Shown here: in pieces, positions 17,033-26,658 of the stretch
Numbering within the stretch: position 1 is the first letter of the stretch
Layout: each line of letters starts with the position of its first letter
Virus record (IMG/VR): IMGVR_UViG_3300023223_000479
Reading direction: 5' to 3' (one strand)
DNA length: 27,534 nt
Source: a virus
Notes under the pieces: model-generated
The model's database searches: none
Seen by the model: only the letters and a program-made list of their open reading frames with translations
Told to the model about the DNA's origin: nothing
Translations under genes and position numbers: made by a program

Positions 17033-18547
17033 TTACTGAGGATCAAGTGGTTGAGCAGGCTGAAATATCAACCTAGCAGGAGAGGCTTCTGTAAATGTAC
17101 CGGCTACCTGATCTAATCTGGAAATCTGGAAGCCCATATTAAACTTATTCTTAGTCCATGCCTCCTCACATTTCTCATCATATCCAGTCTTAATCTCAGA
17201 TACATCAGTTATTAAATCCGTACCTGCATGAAGATCATCAGGACGCGCAAACAGCATAAAATCATTAGGCATGAAATTCATCCTACTCAACGGAATACCT
17301 AAAAACGTAGGGCACCCTGGATTTATATCGCACTCCCCCAAAAAAGCCTTAGTAAGGGCTTTCTCTGCCTGTACCATAGCGTGCCAAATATTCCTTGCAA
17401 CCATCCAATTAGCACCAAACTCAGGGTCAAGCAAATCAGGGTTTTTACTTGCTATCTCCTCATGAAAAGCATTCATCAAATCAAATACATTACCCGATGT
17501 AACAGGAACTACATCCACACTAATAGGGGTATCAGCATCTACAAAAGGCTGAGTAATAGTAAGCACTACAGCAGCAGTACCCGTAACAGGAGAATTAGCA
17601 ACTAGGGTTTGATCCAAACAGATAAGAAACCCATCACAATTAGTAATGATTAATCGTACCTGCAAATCTACTCCAGGCTGTCCCTCTATATGTAGGGTTG
17701 TACCTCCTACATTAGATACATCAGTCCATAAGAGTACTCCATTCTGATCTACATACCCATTCAAAGGATCTGTAAGGTTAGTAACCACATCATCCAACGT
17801 AGTAGACAAATCAGTATTGAAAGGAATACTTACTCTTTGCCCGCCTAACAAGAACTCAATACAAGTACCCGTTAGATCACCTGAGAATACCCAATCATAA
17901 ATAGGAGGTAATGCAGCACCCATAGACTGAGCAGCAATCTTAAAATAACCGTCTGTATGGGCGTAATCCTCATGAGATCCGGCATAGTCCCCGTTGAACG
18001 CGTGACGGTCCCAAGTAGCCTTAGACTCTTTGAGCATTGCAATCTCCACCTCATCAGAAATAACAATCATATCCTCAGCAGCACGATGTACTCCCCTCCC
18101 TAATCCTCGCTGTCTCCAAGTCTTGATGAACTCGTTAATACAAAAGTCATCATCCTGGAAAACAGTTTGAATAGTAAGAAAACGATCTACCTTTTTACCC
18201 TTGGTAGTTGTACCTGCATCAAACCCACAATCAGTAGCACCCTTAGATGAATTAACCTTGGATTTAATTTTAGACTTAATCTCCTCTCTGAATAATCTTT
18301 GCCTTGTTTGTACATCCTCATGGAAAGTTACAAAACGTCTCCCATTACCCGCTACCTCATTGCTATCTGGAGCCTCATCCTCAAGTGGGATATCTATAGC
18401 TCCCTGTAGAATTTGGGCCTTAGCAAATACGCTTCTACGTATCATTATGGCATCCTCTACCGGATAGGTTTTAGCCTCAAACTCGTACCTATCTTTAATC
18501 GTGTGGGTGTGTCGGCAAGTGCCTAAATCACAAAGTTCGACTGACAT
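17033..18547 (-). CDS. Major capsid protein (HK97 fold) with an inserted domain
   Basis: Directly downstream of the prohead protease; DCGF, FCINEF..TW, AFNGD...DGYFK, FLGIPL...MP, DLHAGTDL are typical of Bacteroidota phage capsid proteins. Confidence 0.8.
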   Translation of the reverse strand: MSVELCDLGTCRHTHTIKDRYEFEAKTYPVEDAIMIRRSVFAKAQILQGAIDIPLEDEAPDSNEVAGNGRRFVTFHEDVQTRQRLFREEIKSKIKSKVNSSKGATDCGFDAGTTTKGKKVDRFLTIQTVFQDDDFCINEFIKTWRQRGLGRGVHRAAEDMIVISDEVEIAMLKESKATWDRHAFNGDYAGSHEDYAHTDGYFKIAAQSMGAALPPIYDWVFSGDLTGTCIEFLLGGQRVSIPFNTDLSTTLDDVVTNLTDPLNGYVDQNGVLLWTDVSNVGGTTLHIEGQPGVDLQVRLIITNCDGFLICLDQTLVANSPVTGTAAVVLTITQPFVDADTPISVDVVPVTSGNVFDLMNAFHEEIASKNPDLLDPEFGANWMVARNIWHAMVQAEKALTKAFLGECDINPGCPTFLGIPLSRMNFMPNDFMLFARPDDLHAGTDLITDVSEIKTGYDEKCEEAWTKNKFNMGFQISRLDQVAGTFTEASPARLIFQPAQPLDPQ

Positions 18548-18577
18548 ATCTATTAAAATTTTATAAGTTAATTCAAC

Positions 18578-18592
18578 TGTAAAAATTTTACA
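18578..18592. repeat. Palindrome copy 11
   Basis: TGTAAAAATTTTACA, exact. Confidence 0.9.
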
Positions 18593-18608
18593 CCCTCGAC
18601 AAAAGGTT

Positions 18609-20117
18609 TTAGATTCTATCTATGCTAGAAGATCTTTTACGGCCCTCATGCTTCCTATCCTTATCTCCCTCTTTATTATCTCCCTCACTCTTAGGATCAA
18701 TAGGATCTACCTTAGATTCTCCTGCCTTAGCAGCCAACTCGTTGTACTTGATAGCCAGCTTATTGTACTTATCAGCAGTAACCGTAGCCTCATCTCCCCA
18801 ATTCTCCTTATCTGCCTTAAGAGCGTCCCTCTCTTTAGTAGCTGTTACTAATTCCCCCTCTACCTCTGTTATTCGGGTAGCCTGGGTATCTGCTTTCTCA
18901 ATAGCAACAGTAGCCTCAGTTTCCAAAGTATCTACCTTAGTATTAGCCTCAGTCAAATCAGCCTTAACAGAATCCCTCTCCTCTGTGAGGGATTGAATCT
19001 CTGTAGCGTTTGTCTCAGCAGTTTGAGTAAGAGTAGTATTATCCGACTCCAACTTATCCATAGAAGCTCTGAGAGCGTTAGCCTCATCAGGGGTAAGCTC
19101 TACAGGCTCAGTAGTTGTGCTTTGACTTTTTGTGTACTTATCAAAAATTCCCATTTTCTTATTATTAGGAGTTACTTTAATCGTTTTCTTAGAAGTATTT
19201 CTTTTTCTTCTTGCAGATTTTACAGCATCTTGTAAAGATCCTATCTTATCTATAAGACCTAATTTCTTGGCATCTTTAGCCAAAAAAACCCTGCCTGAGA
19301 ATACTTTATCATCATCACTTAATTTCTTCCCTCTACCCTCTTTCACTGCCGCCTGAAACATTTTCCCAATGGGATTCAAAAACTTAGTAATTATCTCTGT
19401 TTTCTCTTCCTCAGATATTGCCCTAGTAGGTGGAGCAGCTATCTTATGAGTAGCATCATCGTTGGTTAGGAAAGTTATTTCTAAACCCTGATTGGTAAAG
19501 AAGCCCTCTCCATTGATATGCTGCATCACTACACCTATAGAGCCTACCTCTGAGGTTTGTCCTGATACAAATATTTCCTCTGTTTGAGATGCGGCCCAAA
19601 ACCCTGCACTAGCACACAAACCATCTACAAAAGATATTACCCGTTTCTTCTCGTTTGCATCTCTAATAGCTCTGGCTAAATCCTCTGTTCCATCTACTGT
19701 ACCTCCAGGAGTATCAAATACCAAAACAATACCAGATACTTGATCATCATCCGCTGCCTCCTTAACCAATCGTGTAACCCTGGATACTCCCGCTGTAGCA
19801 CTCATGGCATCCATATCAGCAGCCCTCTTAAACATAGTACCTATAACAGATATTATAGCTACATCCCCCTCTACATGTACTGAACCCATCCTAAATGTAT
19901 CCGACTCATCCAAATGTCCGGCTACAGGTCTTCCCCTCTTATCATCAAATCCTGCATACTTAGGAGTGTTCCGTTCCTTGTTCCCACTAAAATCATTATT
20001 CCTGTTACCCTGCATGATATTCATAGCAACAGACAGCAACTTTTCAGCGCTCTCAGGTCTTATAGCCCAAGTGCTCTGATATAGTAATGTTCCAAAGAAG
20101 GATATTCCAGTATTCAT
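18609..20117 (-). CDS. S49 (SppA/ClpP-like) prohead protease fused to a coiled-coil scaffold
   Basis: DTPGGTVDG, CASAGFWAAS, VGSIGV, SGRVF...A..LGLIDKIG; acidic heptad-rich C-terminus. Confidence 0.9.
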   Translation of the reverse strand: MNTGISFFGTLLYQSTWAIRPESAEKLLSVAMNIMQGNRNNDFSGNKERNTPKYAGFDDKRGRPVAGHLDESDTFRMGSVHVEGDVAIISVIGTMFKRAADMDAMSATAGVSRVTRLVKEAADDDQVSGIVLVFDTPGGTVDGTEDLARAIRDANEKKRVISFVDGLCASAGFWAASQTEEIFVSGQTSEVGSIGVVMQHINGEGFFTNQGLEITFLTNDDATHKIAAPPTRAISEEEKTEIITKFLNPIGKMFQAAVKEGRGKKLSDDDKVFSGRVFLAKDAKKLGLIDKIGSLQDAVKSARRKRNTSKKTIKVTPNNKKMGIFDKYTKSQSTTTEPVELTPDEANALRASMDKLESDNTTLTQTAETNATEIQSLTEERDSVKADLTEANTKVDTLETEATVAIEKADTQATRITEVEGELVTATKERDALKADKENWGDEATVTADKYNKLAIKYNELAAKAGESKVDPIDPKSEGDNKEGDKDRKHEGRKRSSSIDRI

Positions 20118-20142
20118 AATAGGTTGTGGAAAATCAAAGGTG

Positions 20143-20157
20143 TGTAAAATTTTTACA
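20143..20157. repeat. Palindrome copy 12
   Basis: TGTAAAATTTTTACA, exact (extends to GTGTAAAATTTTTACAC). Confidence 0.9.
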
Positions 20158-20267
20158 CCTACAAAAAATCAGCCTATATTTTTACGCTACAAGGTTAAAT
20201 GACCATTTTGCGTAAAAATATATAACAATACTTGCTTTATACTATATTTATACGTATGTGTACCTCT

Positions 20268-21110
20268 TTAATCTATACCATACATAGCTATAACCTTATC
20301 CCACACAACCTCAAATTTTTCTCTACTTGACCCCTTATATACTATTGTATCTGATTTAATATCGTTATCGCTTAAAATCTTATTAAACCAATTTACCCAA
20401 CCAATCAATACGCCTAAGCAGTTTTCACCTAAAATATTAATACCTTGCTTTTGTATTGTCTGAGATATGCTCTCTAATTTCTTAATAGAATCCTCCTTTC
20501 TACTACCTATTAACCTTCTTAAATTATCGTATCCAGTATGATGCATATATAACCACCTTTTAAATTCCCCATTATCTTCTCTATGATACATTATATTAAA
20601 TAAATCGTGCAAGGAATTGAATGTACCCTGACCCTCAAAAAGTATATAAAATATATCCCTATCCTTATTCTGCACCTCCACCTCCAGATACACCGTAGGT
20701 GTTAATTTATCGTATCTATGTACATGGAATATGTATGCATGGAAATCTAACCCCCCTATTTGAAACTTGCTTACAGGGGATACTACAGGCTTTTTATCAT
20801 CCTTACCGTTTAGCATAGCAAAACTAAACCCCACCTGCTCACCATTCCCCATTATAAATGTACTAACCGGCTTTAACGGTTTGTACTTAGAGCATAACCC
20901 CTTTAAAATATTTGTGGGAGATGATACTTTTACATCCGCTGCCACACTATTATTTAAGATAATAGATTCTCCCTCCTCTCCTGACTTAGGCACCCTCAAT
21001 ATTACAGACCTTCCTAAGTCAATATCTGGATGTCCCTGTACCCCTAGTTTAGCCGATTTAACATTGAACGTAGGAATAATTTTATCGTAAATACGATCTA
21101 ATGATTTCAT
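20268..21110 (-). CDS. Hypothetical protein
   Basis: 280 aa ORF between the tape measure and protease genes; no recognised motif. Confidence 0.7.
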   Translation of the reverse strand: MKSLDRIYDKIIPTFNVKSAKLGVQGHPDIDLGRSVILRVPKSGEEGESIILNNSVAADVKVSSPTNILKGLCSKYKPLKPVSTFIMGNGEQVGFSFAMLNGKDDKKPVVSPVSKFQIGGLDFHAYIFHVHRYDKLTPTVYLEVEVQNKDRDIFYILFEGQGTFNSLHDLFNIMYHREDNGEFKRWLYMHHTGYDNLRRLIGSRKEDSIKKLESISQTIQKQGINILGENCLGVLIGWVNWFNKILSDNDIKSDTIVYKGSSREKFEVVWDKVIAMYGID

Positions 21111-21125
21111 AATTTACCTCAACTT

Positions 21126-24100
21126 TTATAGTTCTGATTTAGTTTCTTGTCTTACTAGGTTAGCCTCCTGCTTTCTCTGCTCTATCAAGGAGAATACTAA
21201 TTCCTGATTCTGTACAGATTTATCTATAGTCTGTAAATCATCTCTCACCCCTGCTATCTCTCGGGTCAAACCCTCAAACCCCTCTGCTAACTCTTGGAAT
21301 ACTATATTAGTAGCACCCCCTACTCCTGTTACTGCTCCCCCTGTTTGAAATCTATACTTAGGCGCTCTAACTGGTACTCTCGGAATATTCACCATACTAT
21401 TAGAGCCTACAGATTTAACCATTCCGAATAGAGTAGACATATCCCCAAACGGCCTACCCTGTTTCCTAAGTATACCCTGATGATTTGTCCACTGTAGCAG
21501 AGGATAAAATAGCTCTGTGGCCCATCTGTTATGCTCAAACTCTCCTCCCTCTACCTCGATAGGTATTCCTCCCTGAGAGTGTCTTGGTCCCCTATGCATA
21601 CCTCCATAACCCTTTCTCCTGGTTCTTGCCGGATATCTCTTAGTAGGTACATCTCCCCCTCCTGCAAATAGCAAGGCCGTATCTCCTCCCGACTCAAGAG
21701 AAACAGATTGAGTTAGTTTCCTAGCACTGACTATGCCTGCTGCAATTGCAGCTATTATAGATATGATTGCAGCTATATTTGCAGGAAATGGTATCTTAGC
21801 CCCCTCAGATATAGCCTTGAGGTTATTACTCAAAGTCACAATATTATTACGGGCTATAGTAGCATTATCAAGTATAGATTGTATGGCTTGGGCTTTCTGC
21901 TCTGCTAGTTGTGCCTTCTTTTGTATTAACTCCTGAGTCTTCTGCTGATCCTGTAATATTTTAATCTCACTCTCTGACCTTGCCTTTTCCTCCTCAATCT
22001 CTTTCTCTTTCCTTAATGCCAACTCATCTAATAATCTCTTCTCCTCATCTGTAGAAAATCCTTTGGATTCAATATCTAATGCTCTAGCCTCAAACTCCTC
22101 CTCTATAGCGGCTAAATTATCTGAACTTGTTTGCTCTCTCTGCTCCTGAGTTCTCTTTAAATTATTTATCTCTGTATTAGCCTGATCCTCTACTACTCCT
22201 TTTATAGAAGATACTATACTAACAAAACCATCTAAAGCCTGCTTTTGAGCCTCAAGGGATTTCTTTATTTCCTCCCTCTTTTTCTCCTCTACTTCCCTAA
22301 CTTTATCTAATTCAAGGTCTTTGATATTATTTAATATCTCTAATCTCTCCTGCTCCAACTTCAAGGTATCCTCAGCCGATAATTCTAATATAGCAAGTTG
22401 ATCATTTATAAAGTCCAATTGAGCATCTAACCTATCCTGGTCAGCCTTCTCCTCGATAAGTTTTTTATCCTCCTCTAACTGCTCAAGATTTGCTAACTCC
22501 TCCTCATCTCCCTCTAATATCAAAGATATCTCATTTAACCTATTCTGCTGTACCTGTAATAGTCTGGCATCTAGCACCTCCTCTAAAGCCTTCTGCTCCC
22601 TGGCTATCCTATCTTGTGTTGATTTCTCTGTAGCCTGAGCTATCTTATCATCAAACTCCTTATTAATAGACTCTATCAGTGATACCCTTTGCTCCGCTGT
22701 AACCTGTAATAGCGTATCCTCATCTATTCCTGCCTTAATCAATGCCTGCCTCTCTGACTCAAATCCGGCTAACCTGATATCTAACCTCTCTAATGCCTGA
22801 TTCCTTAGTACCTCTAATCCCTCTATAGATTTCTCTCCACCTGCTGCCTCTGCATCGGCTAACTCTATCTCCTTAGCTATAGCGGCATTCAGCTTAATTA
22901 TTCTCTTATCCAATGCCTTAACAGCGCTCTCATGGCTTTTTATAGATTTAGCGCTTGCCCCTGTTATCTTCCTTATTAACTTCTCAGTTTCATCTATTTT
23001 TACCTGTAAAGCATCATACTCCTCTCTAGTTCTTGTTAATTCCTGATCCTTTTTAAACTGAGCTACCTCTTTCCTTAAATCCTCTAGTTTTTTCCTGGTA
23101 TCATCTATAACACCCCCATCCCCATCTCCTACAATTGACTCAGGAATAGAAGGATTATTAATAAAGAAATCGTTTATATCCCTTACCTCATCGTTTAATA
23201 CTACTGTAGCGCCCACCAAGTCTACTAAAGCTACTGAAGCCTCTGCACCCCCCTCTGCTATAACATTAAGAGCATTAGATACTGTTTCAGACAATCCTCC
23301 TCCCCCTGCTATCCTACCTACAAAAACTTCAAGCCCTGAATCTATATCAGAAAAACTATCTAAGATTGCTTGCCTCTGTTCATCTGATGTATCTCTTAAA
23401 AATCCCGATAACTCCTCATTAACTTTACGTAACTGTGAGGCACTAATTCCGGTACGCCTAATTAACTCTTGGGATGCTATTTGTTGATCTTCTATAGCCC
23501 TGGTTATACTTGCTGTTATCTGCTGCTCCCTAACCTGTAAAGCTATTTTCTGAATCAACGCCGCATTGACCGCATTTTGAGCCTTAGCTATATCTTCTAA
23601 ACTAGACTCCTCAGTTAAGAGATTAGGTAGGTATTGCTTATACGACTTATTAATCTCATCAATTGCCTCAGTCCTTTCTTTCCTACTTAACGTCTCATCT
23701 TTAGCTACCCTAAATAGTTTCTCAGACTCTACGGTTTCTTGTGCTATCGCCTTAGCTAAATCTTCCTCTAATTCAAGCTGCCTTTTTTGCGCCTCTGTTA
23801 ACCTATTAGTACCGGATGTTAAGGCTATTACAGCCCCTACTAATGCCCCTACAGCAATAGATACCCTAACTATAGGGTTTACAGATAATACTACATTCCA
23901 TGCCTGTTGAGCAGCGGTAGCCAAACCTATTGTACCTGTTAACAAGTTTGTGGCTACTATATATAGACTTGTAGCTATAGATGCAGCACTAAGTAACGGA
24001 CCTACTAAAAGCATTACCCCATTATATAATACCTGCTGTACTACAGCTAATTTAGTGGCTACTCTATTAGCTATTAATGCGGCTGTATAAGTTCCTAATG

Positions 24101-25637
24101 CAGCCGCTATAGCACCAAATAATACAGGAAATCTCTGTACTAAATCTACCGCACCTGAGAGTAAAGATATAAACCCTGTAAACCCTTGTACCACTAATCT
24201 AATAGCAGGCTCAAGGGAGTCAAATATATTCAATGCCAACCCCTCTACAGCAGAGGTAGCAGTATCTAAATCCCCTCTTACATCATCTCTTACTATAGCC
24301 GCCATATTAGCCGCTGATCCGGCTGCATTATTAAACTCCTTAGATAATCTCTCAACCTTATCAGAACCATCTAATATAGTGGCAAATGCCGCCGCTGACC
24401 TTACATCTGTTATAGCCAATATTTCAGCTAAATCAGTTCCAGAATCCTGTAGCTCTCTCAAACCTGCTACTAATTTCTCTCCTGAGTCTACACCATCTCC
24501 TAACCTCAACGATAGCTCACTTGTAGGATCAGCCAACTTTAAGAATACACTTCTCAAGGCAGTACCCGCCATTGACCCCTCAATGCCCGCATCAGTTAAA
24601 GCAGCTAAAAACGCTGTTGTATCCTCTATAGAAAATCCTAGCTGTTTAGCAATCGGTGCTATTGTCTTCATGGATTCCCTGAACTTGGTTAAATCCAATG
24701 CAGACCTTACAAAAGATTTAGCCATTACATCTGTAACCCTAACCAACTGAGTAGAATCTAATCCGAAGGCTCGTAATGTTTTAGCCGCTACCTCCCCTGC
24801 CTGAGCCAAGTCCTCACCCGTTACCGTAGCTAAATTCAGGGTAGCCTCTGTAGCGTCTAATATTTCCTGCTGATTGAATCCTAGCTTTGTAAGGACTATC
24901 TGTAATCCCCCTACCTGAGAGGCTGTAAATTCTGTAGCAGATCCTAAACGCTTGGCATCATCAATAAGAACATCAATGTTAGTGCCCTCATTTAGCGCTA
25001 ATAGAGTGGACCGGATACGGGCAAAATCTACTCCTGTAGTTATCAGTTGAGAGATTGCCTGTTTAGCCTTATTAACAATAGCAGTAACAGCAAAAGCAGC
25101 CAACAAGGTAGCTCCTACCTGTTTAAATGTAGCAGTTATATTATTACCTATCTCAGGGTAGTTACCTACATTTCTCTGGAATCTTCCACTAGCTGCCTCT
25201 GCCTCTATTAACTCCTGATTTAATTCTGCTGACTCCCTGGATAATCTCTCAAATGCTGGATTAGTTCTGCCGTCTACTGTTTGAGCAGTATTATCTAACT
25301 CTCTTCTGACACTTATTAGTCTTTGTCGGATATCATTTATACTACCCGCTGCTGCCGTACCTCTTCTTAGCTCCCTATTGAAGTCCTGTATTCTCTGTCT
25401 GCTTTGTGCAAATTGGTTTGTAAGGTTTGCCTGAGTAGAGGCTAGTGTTTCTGTATTACCCGTTGTTTGCTGTATCGCCTGATCTAGCTCATCATATGCC
25501 TCAGTCCCCTCCTCTGGTAAATCTTTTAGTAATTGCTGTAGCTCCTTTTGTTGCGCTATTAATTCCTGGGTAGATAAAGTAGCGGAATCCGTACCTACTA
25601 CTGTAATCTTATAGATTAATTCTTGAGTAATCGCCAT
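21126..25637 (-). CDS. Tail tape measure protein (TP901-like core); start revised to ATG 25637
   Basis: ~1500 aa helical; FQRNVGNY, AKRLGSATEFTASQV, GIEGSMAGTALR, hydrophobic segment, coiled coil, GPRHSQGGIPIEVEGGEF. The track's TTG start at 25679 runs through palindrome copy 13. Confidence 0.92.
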   Translation of the reverse strand: MAITQELIYKITVVGTDSATLSTQELIAQQKELQQLLKDLPEEGTEAYDELDQAIQQTTGNTETLASTQANLTNQFAQSRQRIQDFNRELRRGTAAAGSINDIRQRLISVRRELDNTAQTVDGRTNPAFERLSRESAELNQELIEAEAASGRFQRNVGNYPEIGNNITATFKQVGATLLAAFAVTAIVNKAKQAISQLITTGVDFARIRSTLLALNEGTNIDVLIDDAKRLGSATEFTASQVGGLQIVLTKLGFNQQEILDATEATLNLATVTGEDLAQAGEVAAKTLRAFGLDSTQLVRVTDVMAKSFVRSALDLTKFRESMKTIAPIAKQLGFSIEDTTAFLAALTDAGIEGSMAGTALRSVFLKLADPTSELSLRLGDGVDSGEKLVAGLRELQDSGTDLAEILAITDVRSAAAFATILDGSDKVERLSKEFNNAAGSAANMAAIVRDDVRGDLDTATSAVEGLALNIFDSLEPAIRLVVQGFTGFISLLSGAVDLVQRFPVLFGAIAAALGTYTAALIANRVATKLAVVQQVLYNGVMLLVGPLLSAASIATSLYIVATNLLTGTIGLATAAQQAWNVVLSVNPIVRVSIAVGALVGAVIALTSGTNRLTEAQKRQLELEEDLAKAIAQETVESEKLFRVAKDETLSRKERTEAIDEINKSYKQYLPNLLTEESSLEDIAKAQNAVNAALIQKIALQVREQQITASITRAIEDQQIASQELIRRTGISASQLRKVNEELSGFLRDTSDEQRQAILDSFSDIDSGLEVFVGRIAGGGGLSETVSNALNVIAEGGAEASVALVDLVGATVVLNDEVRDINDFFINNPSIPESIVGDGDGGVIDDTRKKLEDLRKEVAQFKKDQELTRTREEYDALQVKIDETEKLIRKITGASAKSIKSHESAVKALDKRIIKLNAAIAKEIELADAEAAGGEKSIEGLEVLRNQALERLDIRLAGFESERQALIKAGIDEDTLLQVTAEQRVSLIESINKEFDDKIAQATEKSTQDRIAREQKALEEVLDARLLQVQQNRLNEISLILEGDEEELANLEQLEEDKKLIEEKADQDRLDAQLDFINDQLAILELSAEDTLKLEQERLEILNNIKDLELDKVREVEEKKREEIKKSLEAQKQALDGFVSIVSSIKGVVEDQANTEINNLKRTQEQREQTSSDNLAAIEEEFEARALDIESKGFSTDEEKRLLDELALRKEKEIEEEKARSESEIKILQDQQKTQELIQKKAQLAEQKAQAIQSILDNATIARNNIVTLSNNLKAISEGAKIPFPANIAAIISIIAAIAAGIVSARKLTQSVSLESGGDTALLFAGGGDVPTKRYPARTRRKGYGGMHRGPRHSQGGIPIEVEGGEFEHNRWATELFYPLLQWTNHQGILRKQGRPFGDMSTLFGMVKSVGSNSMVNIPRVPVRAPKYRFQTGGAVTGVGGATNIVFQELAEGFEGLTREIAGVRDDLQTIDKSVQNQELVFSLIEQRKQEANLVRQETKSEL

Positions 25638-25641
25638 TAAT

Positions 25642-25656
25642 TGTAAAAATTTTACA
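25642..25656. repeat. Palindrome copy 13 (4 nt upstream of the tape measure ATG)
   Basis: TGTAAAAATTTTACA, exact. Confidence 0.9.
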
Positions 25657-25789
25657 CCCTCAAGGAGTAAGGATTGCAAATATTATTAACAAAAATATCA
25701 TTAAAGTTAGTAAAAATTATTGATATACTAATAATATTACCTTTGTGCTAACAATACTATTTTTTATATAATTAATAGTCTGTATGGGG

Positions 25790-25804
25790 TGTAAAAAATT
25801 TACA
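25790..25804. repeat. Palindrome copy 14 (1 mismatch)
   Basis: TGTAAAAAATTTACA. Confidence 0.85.
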
Positions 25805-25810
25805 TCAGTC

Positions 25811-25841
25811 TAGGAATTGTAATTAGGAAAGCTTACCTTTG
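25811..25841 (+). promoter_or_regulatory. Bacteroidota-type promoter for the plus-strand island
   Basis: TAG-N20-TACCTTTG; shares AAAGCTTACCTTTGnTTATA with the 7660-7690 promoter. Confidence 0.65.
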
Positions 25842-25846
25842 GTTAT

Positions 25847-26080
25847 ATGGAAAAGCAATTACAGCAACTTATAGATAAATACCCTCCTAACAATACTTCT
25901 TACGGACCTATAGATACTCATAAGGTTAAATTTTGTGGGGAATACGGGGAAAGCTCAGGGGAGTGTACATTATCTGAATTAGCTGAGTGGATTGAATTTC
26001 CTAACCATATCCGTTGTGTAAGTATTATTAGTGGGCGTGCTATTATTTGTGGAAAATTATACACTATAATTCCTGAGTGA
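25847..26080 (+). CDS. Hypothetical protein (plus-strand island)
   Basis: 77 aa, directly after the promoter. Confidence 0.6.
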   Translation: MEKQLQQLIDKYPPNNTSYGPIDTHKVKFCGEYGESSGECTLSELAEWIEFPNHIRCVSIISGRAIICGKLYTIIPE

Positions 26081-26301
26081 TTATGAAAGTAAAGGGAAAG
26101 ATTGTATTAGATAATGGAAGCGATTATTTTTTTGCGGATGACAAACATTATGGGTTTACTCCTTACATGGAGAATATAATGAAATCAGCTACACTTTTAG
26201 CCATAGATTTTAAAGTAAAGGTAAAAGTTATTAGGCTACTAAATAACTATAAAGAAGAAATACTATCTTCAATTAACTTTAATAGGTTTATAAATTATTG
26301 A
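26077..26301 (+). CDS. Hypothetical protein (plus-strand island)
   Basis: 74 aa, overlaps the previous stop; AT-rich. Confidence 0.55.
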   Translation: MIMKVKGKIVLDNGSDYFFADDKHYGFTPYMENIMKSATLLAIDFKVKVKVIRLLNNYKEEILSSINFNRFINY

Positions 26302-26303
26302 CT

Positions 26304-26656
26304 ATGTACGTTACTTATCAAACCCCCCCCCTTGGATTTTTGGGGGTAAACACCAACCACAAAAGACACTTGAAGCTATTATCGATTTAATAGAATCTAT
26401 TGGTGATATTCAACCAGGGCATTTAGGGGGAAATGCGATGGACAATATTTTTTTAAAAATAGATTGTTCTGGCTATAAAAAACAGGTTGTATTACCTAAA
26501 GAAACAGCGTTAATAATTAGGATGATATTAGATTCAGCAAAGGAGGATACTAAAGAAGCATATGAACAAGGTAAGAAAGATGGTGCTAATTTGCTTGCTC
26601 AACTAAGAGACGGTAATATATCTAGTTTTGATTTTGATCAGCAAACAAAATATTAG
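26304..26656 (+). CDS. Hypothetical protein probably split by a frameshift at a C9 tract (track calls only 26438-26656)
   Basis: The ATG 26304 frame stops at 26390. The 26438 frame is open back to 26294. One extra C in 26323-26331 joins them into 117 aa. Confidence 0.5.
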
Positions 26657-26658
26657 TC

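Noticed and set aside
1019-24750. Many short plus-strand ORFs in the track (e.g. 2059-2373, 10145-10477, 18622-18996, 24379-24750) and the nested minus ORF 17872-18066
   Set aside because: They are antisense shadows or alternative frames of long motif-bearing genes, with Ser/Leu/Ile-rich low-information sequence and no promoters
25638-25679. TTG start of the tape measure ORF at 25679
   Set aside because: The extension (MQSLLLEGVKFLQL) is largely the translated palindrome; ATG 25637 lies 4 nt from the motif, as at 4677
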